A stretch of 64,000 nt of DNA from an uncultured Pseudomonadota bacterium (GTDB taxonomy: Bacteria; CALINM01). The stretch spans positions 6,395-70,394 of the forward strand of contig CAZIMS010000010.1 in NCBI GenBank assembly GCA_964540515.1, written 5' to 3'. The notes under the pieces were generated by a model, which was given only the letters and a program-made list of their open reading frames with translations, was not told the origin of the DNA and did no database searches. Shown piece after piece: positions 29,594 through 39,723 of this stretch. The stretch's first letter is position 1; every line of letters begins with the position of its first letter. The position numbers were made by a program, and so were the translations under genes.

Positions 29594-30739
29594 GTGATTT
29601 CTTACCCCTTTAGCTTCTCCAAAATAGATGGCATCTTTATCGAAAGGTTCAATAGATTTGTTATTTCCTGTTACGTTAATGGAACTAAGGAACTTGCCTA
29701 TCTACCAAATCCTGGTAGATTGTGGGAGTTATTATTAAAAGACACTCCTTTAATTCTAATTAAAAATAGAGAAAGACTTAAAATTCCATACACAGTGATG
29801 GCTTGTTATAAAGATAACCAACCTGTATTGCTACATACCCATCTTACAAACAAAATAGTAGAACACTTGATAAATGATAAAAAGATAAAAAGCTATCTTG
29901 AATACAAGATTGTTCAAAGAGAGGTGCCATATAAAAAGAGTAGATTTGACCTATTATTATCAAATGGCAAGAAAGAGCTATTTCTTGAGATAAAAACTTG
30001 TACCCTCTTTGGAAATTCTATTGCTATGTTTCCGGACGCAATAACTGAAAGAGGCTCTAAACATCTTCTTGATTTAAAAGAGATAACCGAAGATGGAAGA
30101 AAGGCAGGTATACTTTTTGTTATAATGGGTGAGAATGTAAAATACTTTCTTCCAGCCTACCACATAGATCTTAATTTTAGTAAAAATCTGCTATTGGTAA
30201 AAGACTACCTTGATATTAATGCCATCTCTTTATCTTGGGACAAGAATTTTAGCTACGTAAAAGGTGTAAATGATGTAAACATTCCATGGGATTTTATTGA
30301 GAAAGAGCTGGTAGATAAAGGTTCTTATCTTCTTATCTTACAACTTGAAAAAGATAATAAAATACAAGTAGGAGGGTTAGAGGAGATATATTTTAAAAAG
30401 GGGTATTATGTCTATATAGGTTCGGCTCTCAACTCTCTTTCAAAAAGAATATTAAGACACAAAAGAAAAAATAAAAAACTCCACTGGCATATAGATTATT
30501 TTATAGATAAAAGCAAATATATAAAAGATATACCCATCATAGCCAATGAAAACTTAGAATGTCAGATATCACAGAAGGTTTTTAAGATTGCTGATAACTA
30601 TGTTCCTGATTTTGGGTCTTCAGATTGCAAATGTATAAGTCACCTCTACTATTTTAAGGATAACCCCTTGGAAAACAGAGCTTTCCAGCAAATTATAACT
30701 TACTTAAGGATTGACAGACTTAATCTTTCTTTATATTAA
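29594..30739 (+). CDS. sfsA: SfsA nuclease fused to a DUF123 (GIY-YIG-like) domain
   Basis: N-terminal LPNPGRL, SRFDLLL, LEIKTCTL, FPDAITERG; C-terminal KGSYLL, YVYIGSA, HWHIDY, FGSSDCKC.SHL; GTG start. Confidence 0.8.
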   Translation: MISYPFSFSKIDGIFIERFNRFVISCYVNGTKELAYLPNPGRLWELLLKDTPLILIKNRERLKIPYTVMACYKDNQPVLLHTHLTNKIVEHLINDKKIKSYLEYKIVQREVPYKKSRFDLLLSNGKKELFLEIKTCTLFGNSIAMFPDAITERGSKHLLDLKEITEDGRKAGILFVIMGENVKYFLPAYHIDLNFSKNLLLVKDYLDINAISLSWDKNFSYVKGVNDVNIPWDFIEKELVDKGSYLLILQLEKDNKIQVGGLEEIYFKKGYYVYIGSALNSLSKRILRHKRKNKKLHWHIDYFIDKSKYIKDIPIIANENLECQISQKVFKIADNYVPDFGSSDCKCISHLYYFKDNPLENRAFQQIITYLRIDRLNLSLY

Positions 30740-30760
30740 TCTTAACTGCAAACACTTATT

Positions 30761-32500
30761 CTATACATTTGGATAGATAATCCTCGGCAATAACATCTGA
30801 TGATGAGGACAGAAGGTGTCTGGGTTTTGGTAACAGGCATTAGCAAAGGCAATTATATATTCTCTTAGTTTGCAAAAGTCTACTATCTCATCAACAAAGC
30901 CCATCTTGGCACAAAAATAAGGTCTTGATTTTTCATAGTATTCTTTAACAAGTTTATTCATCTTATCAATTGTTTCTTGCAAATCCTTACCTTCTTCCTT
31001 ATCTTTCACAAGCCTTCTTGCATAGGTAGCAACTGCAGCAGTCTCTCCATGCATTACGTATATCTCTGTAGTTGGGGTGCCTAAAGAAAAGGCATTATTA
31101 TTATTTGCCTGAGGACCAGCCATAACATAATGACTTGCAGCTGAACCTTTTCTTAAAACAACTGTCATCATTGGAAGTTTTGATGATTCTATAGAATAGA
31201 GCAATGACTGCCCCAATCCAAGTAGTTCTGCCTTTTCAGCCAGATCTCCTACATCTATACCTGTATTATCCTGAATCCACAATATAGGTACTCTATCTCT
31301 ACCGCAGAGGGTGACAAACTCGTTCATCTTAATTAAACCCTCTCTATATAGCTTTCCTCCAATACCGGGATAATTGGCATACTTGGGATAGCCTTCGCCT
31401 AAAAAGCCTTGTCTATTGGCTATTAATCCTACTAAAAAACCATCTATTTTTACCAAACCTGTATAAATTTCTGGTCCAAAATCTGGTTTAAACTCCATGT
31501 GTTCGCTTCCATCCACTAACCTACCTATTACCTGTTCAATCTCGTAGATCCTTTTTTGATTATAGGGAACAACATACTTTAACTCATCAGGGGAATATAG
31601 AGGAGCTTTTGGTTCATCTACCCTAAAATATGATTTATCATAGGCAGGCAGATTTGAAACACATTCCCTTATGGCATCTAAAACACCCTCCTCTGTGTTA
31701 AAAACTTTTCTTACAAAACCTGTTACCTCATAATGGACCTTCATACTTCCTGGTGGCTGCTCTTTGAACTTTTTTGTTAACTCTATCAACTGTTCTGCAC
31801 CTTCTTTATCAAAACTTCCCTTTGGACTCATTCCTGATACGATACCACCACCTCCAACAGCCATTGAAGCCTTCTCATGGGCAAAGATAATTGCAGGACT
31901 TATTGAGTGATAGCCCCCTCCTGCTGGATTTGTTCCAAAGATACCTACTATAACAGGGATCCCCTTTTGTGCAAGCTCGGAATGTCTAAAGAAGGAACGC
32001 CCTCCACATCTTCTACCAGCATAGACCTTCTCCTGCTCGGGAAGGCTAACGCCGCTACAGTTTAGTATCCAGACAAGAGGAATCCTTAGCCTTTCAGCTA
32101 TATCTTGTGCCCTAAAAACATTCTCTGCCTGTCCTGGTATCCATGCACCTGCTAATACTCTATTGTTACTGGCTATAATAGAACACCATTTACCACCTAT
32201 CTTTGCAAGACCATTAACTACACCTGTCGTACCATACTTGTTATTTTCAGGATTATAAAGTGTATTTAAAGGCAAAAAACTACCTTTGTCAACGAGGTAT
32301 TCAATTCTCTCCAACGCAGTCTTTTCGCCTCTTTTGTGGATAGCTTCTATAGGTAAACCCTGACTCTGAACATTATTAATTTGTTCTTGTAAGTTCTTTA
32401 ATTCTTCTTCTATTTGTTTTGCATTTTCCTGCATAGACTTAATATTTGATTCTAAAAGCTTTTTTCCTATTTTAGGCATATTGGAAAAATATCTTCTCAT
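30761..32500 (-). CDS. gcdA: glutaconyl-CoA decarboxylase alpha (carboxyltransferase) subunit
   Basis: RYFSNMPKIGK, LAGAWIPGQ, GTNPAGGGYHSISP, YVMHGETAA, PHHQMLLPR match the GcdA pattern rather than generic PccB. Confidence 0.82.
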   Translation of the reverse strand: MRRYFSNMPKIGKKLLESNIKSMQENAKQIEEELKNLQEQINNVQSQGLPIEAIHKRGEKTALERIEYLVDKGSFLPLNTLYNPENNKYGTTGVVNGLAKIGGKWCSIIASNNRVLAGAWIPGQAENVFRAQDIAERLRIPLVWILNCSGVSLPEQEKVYAGRRCGGRSFFRHSELAQKGIPVIVGIFGTNPAGGGYHSISPAIIFAHEKASMAVGGGGIVSGMSPKGSFDKEGAEQLIELTKKFKEQPPGSMKVHYEVTGFVRKVFNTEEGVLDAIRECVSNLPAYDKSYFRVDEPKAPLYSPDELKYVVPYNQKRIYEIEQVIGRLVDGSEHMEFKPDFGPEIYTGLVKIDGFLVGLIANRQGFLGEGYPKYANYPGIGGKLYREGLIKMNEFVTLCGRDRVPILWIQDNTGIDVGDLAEKAELLGLGQSLLYSIESSKLPMMTVVLRKGSAASHYVMAGPQANNNNAFSLGTPTTEIYVMHGETAAVATYARRLVKDKEEGKDLQETIDKMNKLVKEYYEKSRPYFCAKMGFVDEIVDFCKLREYIIAFANACYQNPDTFCPHHQMLLPRIIYPNV

Positions 32501-32572
32501 GTCTTACCTCTCATTTTAAAATAGTGTTATAAATAGATTTATCATTTCTACGGAAGTTTGTAAAGAAAAAAC

Positions 32573-32588
32573 TTTACGCTTACGTAAG
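32573..32588. promoter_or_regulatory. LiuR-like (MerR-family) operator candidate upstream of gcdA
   Basis: TTTACGCTTACGTAAG, 14/16 to TTTACGTwwACGTAAA (consensus recalled, not looked up). Confidence 0.45.
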
Positions 32589-32655
32589 GTGTAAAAATTT
32601 AAATGACAATCGTTAGATATCTATCTGATATATATGGAAGGTTTTTTTGAGGATA

Positions 32656-32685
32656 AAGAGACCCTATATTCAACAAGGGTCTCTT
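32656..32685 (-). terminator. terminator hairpin ending the cytochrome-T2SS operon
   Basis: AAGAGACCCT (32656-32665) / AGGGTCTCTT (32676-32685), 7 bp past the stop at 32693. Confidence 0.65.
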
Positions 32686-32692
32686 ATAATTA

Positions 32693-33544
32693 CTAATTTT
32701 GAAAAACTTTTTTAGGAATTCTTGCATTTATCTTATAGTTTTTAAAGTTTACCTCAATCTTTCTTTGTTCTTCTGGTATATCTACACCTTCAGTATATCT
32801 AATTTGTCGAGAGGGTAGATAATATTTTCCAACTTTTGTAAACTCTGTTTTAAAACTACTCTTTAAGGAACCGTCATTAGCTAAAAGATTTATCTCCTCT
32901 ATATATTTTTTGCCTTCCAGCTCAATATATCTAATAGAAAGATCAACAACAACTGAGTTTATTTGATCTTTTTCGTATATCAAGCTCATGCCCTCTAGTA
33001 ACGATTCTTTAGTATTAAACAATATCTCAATATTTTTTATATTTTTTGTTGGAAGTGGTAAGCCTGTTTTAAAAAAAAGTTGACCTATATCTTTTTTTTC
33101 TTTAAAAGAGATTTGAACCCTCTTTATATCTTTATCTTTTGATACAGAAATTTCTGCCTCTTTAAGCAAGGCTTCTCTCTCTTTCTTCATATCCATCGGT
33201 AGAAAAAAACATTTTAGTTCTAATGCAAACTGACTTGACATCCTTTTTGCTTGTTCTTTCATATAGGGGAAAACCTCCTTACCTTCAACCCTAATTACCA
33301 TACCCTTTTTTTTATGCCAATACTTTCTTAAGATAGGTTTTTTAGGTCTATCAAAATCTTCTGGCATTCCAGAGGTCATTTTTTTCATAATATTTTCAAA
33401 CTGCATGGTTTCTACATCACAAATATAACTTTTAATATCTCCTAAACATATATTAGTAGCTTTTTCTATATCAGATAAGGGGGAACCAAAGGAAATTGTA
33501 GTGTAAAACAGCAAGAATAGAGTAATAAGAGTAATTTTTCTCAT
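32693..33544 (-). CDS. exported hypothetical protein
   Basis: Likely start ATG 33544 (SD GGAGG) giving signal peptide MRKITLITLFLLFYTTISFG; beta-rich; no family recognised. Confidence 0.6.
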   Translation of the reverse strand: MRKITLITLFLLFYTTISFGSPLSDIEKATNICLGDIKSYICDVETMQFENIMKKMTSGMPEDFDRPKKPILRKYWHKKKGMVIRVEGKEVFPYMKEQAKRMSSQFALELKCFFLPMDMKKEREALLKEAEISVSKDKDIKRVQISFKEKKDIGQLFFKTGLPLPTKNIKNIEILFNTKESLLEGMSLIYEKDQINSVVVDLSIRYIELEGKKYIEEINLLANDGSLKSSFKTEFTKVGKYYLPSRQIRYTEGVDIPEEQRKIEVNFKNYKINARIPKKVFQN

Positions 33545-33611
33545 AAAAACCTCCTTGAGTCTTTTAATGAAAATATATCTTAGAACTTTAATTTTGTAAA
33601 GTAAGGGAAGG

Positions 33612-34988
33612 CTATTTATCTTTACTAAGAAAACCAAATTTTTTCATTCTATATCTCATAGCATCAACACCTATATTTAAAAGCCTTGCAGCCTTTGACT
33701 GATTACCTTTAGCCATTGCAAGGGCCTGTTTTAACAACTCTCTCTCAACCTCTTCAATATCAATACCAGTCTCTGGCAGCTTAATATCGGATCTGTCTGA
33801 TGGTTGACGAGATGAAGCAGATATTATCTCCAAAGGTAATCTTTCAACCATTATCTGGTCTCTATCTTCAAAAATCATTGCCCTTTCTATAGTATTTTTA
33901 AGCTCCCTTACATTACCAGGCCAATCATAAAGAAGAATCATCTTTTTGGCGATAGGGGAAAAACTTTTTATATTTTTTTTAAATTCTTTATTGAACTGAT
34001 TTATAAAAAACGTTGCGAGTTCTAATATATCATCCTTCCTCTCTCTGAGAGGTGGTACATAGATAGGTACTACTTTTATCCTATAGTATAAATCTTCTCT
34101 GAATTTTTCCTCTTTAACAAGTTTTTTTAAATTTTTATTGGTTGCTGCTATTAACTGAACATCTAATTTAATATCAACAAGCCCACCAAGCCTTCTTACC
34201 GTTCTATCCTCAAGGAATCTAAGAAGTTTAGCCTGAAGAGACATTGGCATATCACCAATCTCATCTAAAAATAATACACCACCGTCTGCAAACTCAATAA
34301 GACCTTCTTTGCTAGACTTTGCATCAGTAAAGGCTCCTTTCTCATAACCAAAAAGCTCAGACTCTAGTAAATTTTCGGGTAAAGATGCACAGTTTATGGC
34401 AATAAATGGTTTATTACTCCTTCGCCCTTCAGTGTGAATTGCCCTTGCAATCAATTCCTTACCTACACCACTTTCTCCTTCCACCAAAACTACCTTAACA
34501 TCAGCAGAAGAAACCCTTTTGATCATGGCTTTGACTTCATTTATCTCTTTACTTATTCCTACAATAGCATTTAACCCATAATTAAATTTATTCTCTTTTC
34601 TGTAATAGTTTAGCTCAGACTGATTTTTTGAAAATTCAATAGCTTTATTAACTATTATTAGAAATTCATCTGAAGAAAAAGGTTTTGTTAAATAATCATA
34701 GGCTCCTAATTTCATCGCCTTTACCGCTGTTTCTATACTACCGTAGGCTGTTATCACAATTACTGGTGTCTCTGGATGTCTCTCTTTTATCATCTGAAGC
34801 ATCTCTAACCCAGTGATATGTGGCATCATCAAATCTACTAATACAAGATCATACTTTGCTAACTCAAGTAGCTTTATTGCTTCCTTTGATGAGCTAGTTG
34901 CTGTTACTTTAAAACCTTGCTTCTCTAACTCAATTGTTATCATATCAAGTATTAGTTTCTCATCATCAACTACAAGTATATTAGCCAT
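33612..34988 (-). CDS. sigma54-dependent response regulator (NtrC family)
   Basis: ILVVDDE, DLVLVDLMMP, GESGVGKE, GAFTDA, WPGNVRELKN, HTH. Confidence 0.92.
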   Translation of the reverse strand: MANILVVDDEKLILDMITIELEKQGFKVTATSSSKEAIKLLELAKYDLVLVDLMMPHITGLEMLQMIKERHPETPVIVITAYGSIETAVKAMKLGAYDYLTKPFSSDEFLIIVNKAIEFSKNQSELNYYRKENKFNYGLNAIVGISKEINEVKAMIKRVSSADVKVVLVEGESGVGKELIARAIHTEGRRSNKPFIAINCASLPENLLESELFGYEKGAFTDAKSSKEGLIEFADGGVLFLDEIGDMPMSLQAKLLRFLEDRTVRRLGGLVDIKLDVQLIAATNKNLKKLVKEEKFREDLYYRIKVVPIYVPPLRERKDDILELATFFINQFNKEFKKNIKSFSPIAKKMILLYDWPGNVRELKNTIERAMIFEDRDQIMVERLPLEIISASSRQPSDRSDIKLPETGIDIEEVERELLKQALAMAKGNQSKAARLLNIGVDAMRYRMKKFGFLSKDK

Positions 34989-35002
34989 AAAATCTCCTAA
35001 CC

Positions 35003-35470
35003 TTACTGAGTTTTCTTAGGTATCGTAACAGTAAACTCCCATTCACTATACCTATTTTTATTCTCAAATTGCCTATATTTATAGGGAAAATTTTTTTTCT
35101 TTAAAGGCTCCCTATCGCTCTTACTTCTAACCCCCTTAATCCTTCCTGTCTCATCTCTAATTATATCCCATTCACCATCTTCTGTCATCGGGTCTTTATA
35201 AATTTTTCTAATATGCCTTTTTATACTTAAAAATCTGTTATCTTTCAATAAATCTTCAAGTCTTCTTGGTAAAAAATTAACACCACCATGCCCACTATTA
35301 TAATAACTTTCCAGTGCCCTAACTATCTGATCTCCCCTAAACAAAAGCTCCTCTTCCTTTTCCCTCTGAACCACTGTTTTCCAAACTTTTCCTGCAGACG
35401 CAAGAGAAATACCAATAAAAAACATGATAATAAGAACAAAAATATAGGTAAAACCTCTATTACCAATCAC
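35003..35470 (-). CDS. minor pseudopilin lacking Glu5 (GspK/PilX-like)
   Basis: Prepilin site RG|FTYIF, hydrophobic helix, KIYKDPMT. Confidence 0.75.
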   Translation of the reverse strand: MIGNRGFTYIFVLIIMFFIGISLASAGKVWKTVVQREKEEELLFRGDQIVRALESYYNSGHGGVNFLPRRLEDLLKDNRFLSIKRHIRKIYKDPMTEDGEWDIIRDETGRIKGVRSKSDREPLKKKNFPYKYRQFENKNRYSEWEFTVTIPKKTQ

Positions 35471-35849
35471 GATAAGGTGTTCCAGAAAGACTTATCTTGT
35501 TACTCCCACTCTTAACATCGTATATACCTTGTTCATCAGGTATTGGGGAGTTTACTAAAATCCAAGTAGTATTAGACTCAGTAAAGGGGTCTTTAGGAAT
35601 TGTCCTTAAATAGCCTTTAGTAACAAGGTCATCAAGTGTAGCTGGATATTTTTGATTATCAGCATAATACTGATCAATGGCGCTTCTTATAGCAAATAGG
35701 TTCTCCTTTAAAACTGTCTCTTTAGCTTTTATAACTGAGTTTTTATAGGTAGGCTGAGCAATAGTTAAAAGTATGCCTATAATAGACACAACTATTATTA
35801 ATTCAAGGATAGTAAAACCTTTTTTACCAATCTTTGTAGTAGGTACCAT
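35460..35849 (-). CDS. GspG/OxpG-like pseudopilin
   Basis: KG|FTILEL, AIDQYYAD..KYP, GYLRTIPKDPFT. Confidence 0.85.
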   Translation of the reverse strand: MVPTTKIGKKGFTILELIIVVSIIGILLTIAQPTYKNSVIKAKETVLKENLFAIRSAIDQYYADNQKYPATLDDLVTKGYLRTIPKDPFTESNTTWILVNSPIPDEQGIYDVKSGSNKISLSGTPYRDW

Positions 35850-36315
35850 CTATAGCCTTTTCCTCGCTTAAAGAATATACATCAAAGACATCATCGCCCT
35901 CTTTAGGATTATCTGGTTCACTATTATAACTTCTAATACCCCATGTCTCTTCAGGCTCTTTAGTATAATCTGTATTAAAGGGATCTCTCGGTATCTTTCT
36001 TAAAAAATAAATTTTCTTTCCAGGTACGGGTGATGAGATATCTTCAACCCCTTCAACAAGTGTTTTGAGATCCGGAGGATAACCAGAAGCTCCTAATTTT
36101 TGGAAAATCCTCTTTTCATCATAAGCTCTTTTATAATCATCAATCGCCTTTCTTATTATCCTCAAATTGTATCTTAACTCCATCTCTTTTGTTCTTTTAA
36201 TAGTCATCCTTGCAACAGGAAATACTGCCGATGCAAGGATAGCGAGCACCGCAACAGCAACAACAAGCTCTATTAAAGTAACTCCTTTCTTACCTCTAAC
36301 CTCCATAAAAATCAT
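35824..36315 (-). CDS. GspG-like pseudopilin
   Basis: KG|VTLIEL, RKAIDDYK, FLRKIPRDPF, DVYSLS. Confidence 0.85.
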   Translation of the reverse strand: MIFMEVRGKKGVTLIELVVAVAVLAILASAVFPVARMTIKRTKEMELRYNLRIIRKAIDDYKRAYDEKRIFQKLGASGYPPDLKTLVEGVEDISSPVPGKKIYFLRKIPRDPFNTDYTKEPEETWGIRSYNSEPDNPKEGDDVFDVYSLSEEKAIDGTYYKDW

Positions 36316-36379
36316 TTATTTATGCCTATAACTCATATTATTGGCAGTAATCATATTATTATCAATTTTTTGTTTATCA

Positions 36380-38668
36380 CTATCTAATATCTATTATAGC
36401 ACCACTACTTCTTAATGTGTAAACCTTACCATTCATTAGTCTTACCTTGACGCTGGAGAGGCTAACTGCTTCAATATTCAACCCTTTATTTCTACCTTTT
36501 AACAAAATTCTACCTACTGAGACATTAGGCGGTAGTTCATCGTCAAATCTACCGTATATCTTAAAGATACCACCCTTTTGATCAAAATTTACTTTATAAA
36601 TATCGTTATCACTTCTTTTTAAATCTTCTTCTAAAAACTTAGTGGCCTCTACAAAGGCCCCATTAAAAGTCCCTGAAATCTCAAACTCAACTATGTCATC
36701 TACACCAAAAATAATTAAGTCAACTCCAAACTCCTCACCTACTGCTGCTGATTCAGGACCAATTGCTATGGCGTAAGCATTCTCACCACTAATCTGTCCT
36801 TCTACCTTACCTGTTATTGTTTCTCTTCTCTGACTTGCCTCATCAATTTCCTGACTTTCTATAACAGATCTCAACATAGGTTTTGCAGAAAGTCTATCCT
36901 CTGTACCAGACCAGATATTGGTTAGGTCAGCCGTAGGATATATCACCCCTTTTGTAATTCTCGGAGTTATAGATACAAATATATCAGCCTGATCTATTTT
37001 ATTAGTGTAGCTTGTAAATAGTGAACCTATTATTGGTATATCGCTCAAGAAGGCTATACCTGACCTTGCCCTTTCCAATCTATTCTGAATTAACCCACCT
37101 AAAACTGTGGTCTCTCCATCTCTCACCCTTAAAGTAGTCTTTGCGTTTCTTGTGCCTATCCTATAGACTGTTGTTCCATTTAGTGTTTTTGACTCACTTA
37201 CAATGTTACTAACTTCTGCCTCTATCTTTAACTCAACCTCATCATTTGAGAGTATCTTTGGCTCTACATTAAACTTAACACCTACATCAACATATTGAAC
37301 ATTCTCTGACCTCTGGTCAGCGCCGCTAACAGTAACAGTTATAACAGGCACTCTGTCACCCACGAGAACTTGAGATTTGCCACCGTCAAGAGTTTTTATC
37401 TGAGGGTTTGCCAAAGTCTTAGTTACACCGTTCTGCTTAAGAAAATTTATAGTAATATAGGGCAACGTAAATAGTATGTTTCTATTTATCTTTGCTATCT
37501 CAAGGTCTCTTATAGTAAGAAGGGTATCGCCAGTTCTTACGGAAACATTAGAGTTTTCTACTATCGAACTTGGATTTCTCCCTTTTCCAAAGCCTGCTCC
37601 TATTGAGTAGGGGTTGAAATCCACTCCTAATCTCTCCAAATCATTTCTATTAACCTCAACAAACTCTAGATCAAGCAACACTTCAGCTTTAGCCATGTCG
37701 TTTGCTTGAATAATTTTCTCAGCAAGCTCAAGACTATCTAAGTCTGCCCTAACTATTATAGAGTTTGTGTCCTCATTAACAAAAATCTGCCTTGCTTCTA
37801 TCAAATTTCTCAATGTATTTATCACCTTCTTTGCATCGGCATACTTCAAAAAGAAGGTTCTAATATAATATTCTTCATACTCTTTTCTCTTTTGTTTGTT
37901 GTCAGGATAGACAATGGCATTTTTTTGATTTATCACCTTTAAAGCCAATTTGTTTGTAAAAAGTAATAGCTCCAAGGCTTGCACAAAGGATGCCTCTTCA
38001 ATAAATATTGTAACTTTATTATCTCTTATCTGTTCATCAAAAAGAAAGTTTACGCCTGATAGTTTAGAAAGTATCTCAAAGACGTCTTTAATAGGAGCGT
38101 CTTTAAATTTTAGCGTAACTGGCTTGGCTGATTTAATACTAAGTTCATACTCAAGAGGGCTTTTTATACTCTCTTTTAATAACTTATCGGCAAGATTTTT
38201 CGCCTCTATAAGCTCTGTATTTAGTGAATAGGCCCTTCTTGCTTCATCTATGGCTTCTTTTATCTTGTTTGAAGCATAAAATGTCTTTGCCTTTTCTAAA
38301 CTTAAAAGGGCTTCTTTTTTTATATTAATCTCCTGCAAAAATTCAAAGGCTCTCTTAAAAGTGGGGTCCAATACAAGAACCAGATTAAACTCTTTCTCTG
38401 CCTCGTCAAGATTGCCCTCAGCTATAAGTTTCTTACCTTTATCAAAGTGCATGCGCGCAGAAGCCTCTTTTGCTCTTGTAAGTTTTATAACATACTCAAT
38501 ATCACCAGGACTTTCCTGCAAAGCCTTATTGTAATATGTTATGGCTTCGTCATATTTACCTTGATTCATAAGGGTTTCTGCTGTTCTATAGGCCCTGTAG
38601 GATGAACAAGAAAAAATTATGAAAACAAAGACAAATAAAAATAAAAACTTAATCTTTTTTCTCATCAT
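36380..38668 (-). CDS. secretin (GspD/PilQ-like) lipoprotein with N-terminal TPRs and C-terminal cohesin-like domain
   Basis: Lipobox FSC; TPR helices; STN and N domains; LANPQI, YVDVGVKF, DGETTVLGGL, DIPIIGSLF; C-terminal beta-sandwich. Confidence 0.88.
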   Translation of the reverse strand: MMRKKIKFLFLFVFVFIIFSCSSYRAYRTAETLMNQGKYDEAITYYNKALQESPGDIEYVIKLTRAKEASARMHFDKGKKLIAEGNLDEAEKEFNLVLVLDPTFKRAFEFLQEINIKKEALLSLEKAKTFYASNKIKEAIDEARRAYSLNTELIEAKNLADKLLKESIKSPLEYELSIKSAKPVTLKFKDAPIKDVFEILSKLSGVNFLFDEQIRDNKVTIFIEEASFVQALELLLFTNKLALKVINQKNAIVYPDNKQKRKEYEEYYIRTFFLKYADAKKVINTLRNLIEARQIFVNEDTNSIIVRADLDSLELAEKIIQANDMAKAEVLLDLEFVEVNRNDLERLGVDFNPYSIGAGFGKGRNPSSIVENSNVSVRTGDTLLTIRDLEIAKINRNILFTLPYITINFLKQNGVTKTLANPQIKTLDGGKSQVLVGDRVPVITVTVSGADQRSENVQYVDVGVKFNVEPKILSNDEVELKIEAEVSNIVSESKTLNGTTVYRIGTRNAKTTLRVRDGETTVLGGLIQNRLERARSGIAFLSDIPIIGSLFTSYTNKIDQADIFVSITPRITKGVIYPTADLTNIWSGTEDRLSAKPMLRSVIESQEIDEASQRRETITGKVEGQISGENAYAIAIGPESAAVGEEFGVDLIIFGVDDIVEFEISGTFNGAFVEATKFLEEDLKRSDNDIYKVNFDQKGGIFKIYGRFDDELPPNVSVGRILLKGRNKGLNIEAVSLSSVKVRLMNGKVYTLRSSGAIIDIR

Positions 38669-39221
38669 GTCCCTCTTTTTCTAATCTAAATATTCTTTTA
38701 TCACCTTTTGCATCACTAAGTATGACCTCGGTCTTACTAATTCTTTCAATTACATAGTCGGTATCAAAAACCCTATCCATCTTTTTAAACGATTTTATAT
38801 CATTCCCCTTCTTAAGAAAAGCAAACCTTTTTTCCTTTTTATCCATAATACCTAACAAAACAATATCATTCAACTTGTCTATCTTTATTTCCTGTTTTTT
38901 TTCTTCAACTATTTCTGGCTCCGTTGGCAAAAGGGGCAATGGTGGTGCAGGGATTGGTTCTGGTTTTTTTTCTTTCTGAACTTTCTGAGATGCACTCGTA
39001 TCCTTTATCAAATCAGCAAAAATATCTCTTATAAATTTATATCCAGAAATTTCAGGATATTTAACAGTCTTTTCTTGGGTAACTTTATTATCAATATTTG
39101 TGGTTTTGTCATCAACAGGAACAGCAAGCTTAATCTCCTTCTCCCCTGTGAAAAACACTCTATATAGGATAAGTACTGCCCACAACAGGACTAAAGTTAT
39201 TGCTATATTTTTTTTTGTCAT
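38649..39221 (-). CDS. PilP/GspC-position protein (TM anchor, Pro-rich linker)
   Basis: N-terminal TM, RDIF, PEPIPAPPLPLLP, VLLGIM..FAFL; lies between the PilO-like gene and the secretin. Confidence 0.55.
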   Translation of the reverse strand: MTKKNIAITLVLLWAVLILYRVFFTGEKEIKLAVPVDDKTTNIDNKVTQEKTVKYPEISGYKFIRDIFADLIKDTSASQKVQKEKKPEPIPAPPLPLLPTEPEIVEEKKQEIKIDKLNDIVLLGIMDKKEKRFAFLKKGNDIKSFKKMDRVFDTDYVIERISKTEVILSDAKGDKRIFRLEKEGHDEKKD

Positions 39222-39222
39222 A

Positions 39223-39723
39223 TTAATTTATGCCCTTCAGAAAGGTAATAATAGTAATAGCCCCACTAAGTATATCATTACCTTTCTGAATTTTAAGACT
39301 ATCAATTATTATAAAATGAGAGCCACTTTCCAGCTCATACAAAAACTTTTTTATGCTCTCATACTTACCCTCAACAGTAATATTCAAAGCAAGCTTAGTA
39401 ACGTTTAACTCCTTTCTCTCTTCAAAGTTGTAACTTATGGTCTTTATATCTACATTGCCCATAAAGGATTTTTCGAAGATATAATTAATTATTTTAGTAA
39501 AGTCCTCTTTTGCCCTTAATCTTTTTTCGTAATCACCTATCTTATCTTTTATCTCGTAAATGTCTTGAAAGGAAAGAAGTCTCTCCTTAGCCTTCTTATC
39601 TCTTAGCATCTTATAATCAGAAAGAGATTTTGAGAGTACCTCATCCTTGTGGGGGATATAAAAAAACCATAGCATGATATTAGCAATTATAAGAAAAAAA
39701 AACAAAATTAATAACTTTTTCAA
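39223..39723 (-). CDS. PilO/GspM-like protein
   Basis: TM helix, coiled coil, VEGKYESIKKFLYELE ferredoxin-like fold motif. Confidence 0.7.
   Translation of the reverse strand: MKKLLILFFFLIIANIMLWFFYIPHKDEVLSKSLSDYKMLRDKKAKERLLSFQDIYEIKDKIGDYEKRLRAKEDFTKIINYIFEKSFMGNVDIKTISYNFEERKELNVTKLALNITVEGKYESIKKFLYELESGSHFIIIDSLKIQKGNDILSGAITIITFLKGIN

Noticed and set aside
36316-36379. AATAATATGA repeated twice between the secretin and the first pseudopilin
   Set aside because: Short and AT-rich, with no promoter consensus. It may be regulatory, but I cannot support that.
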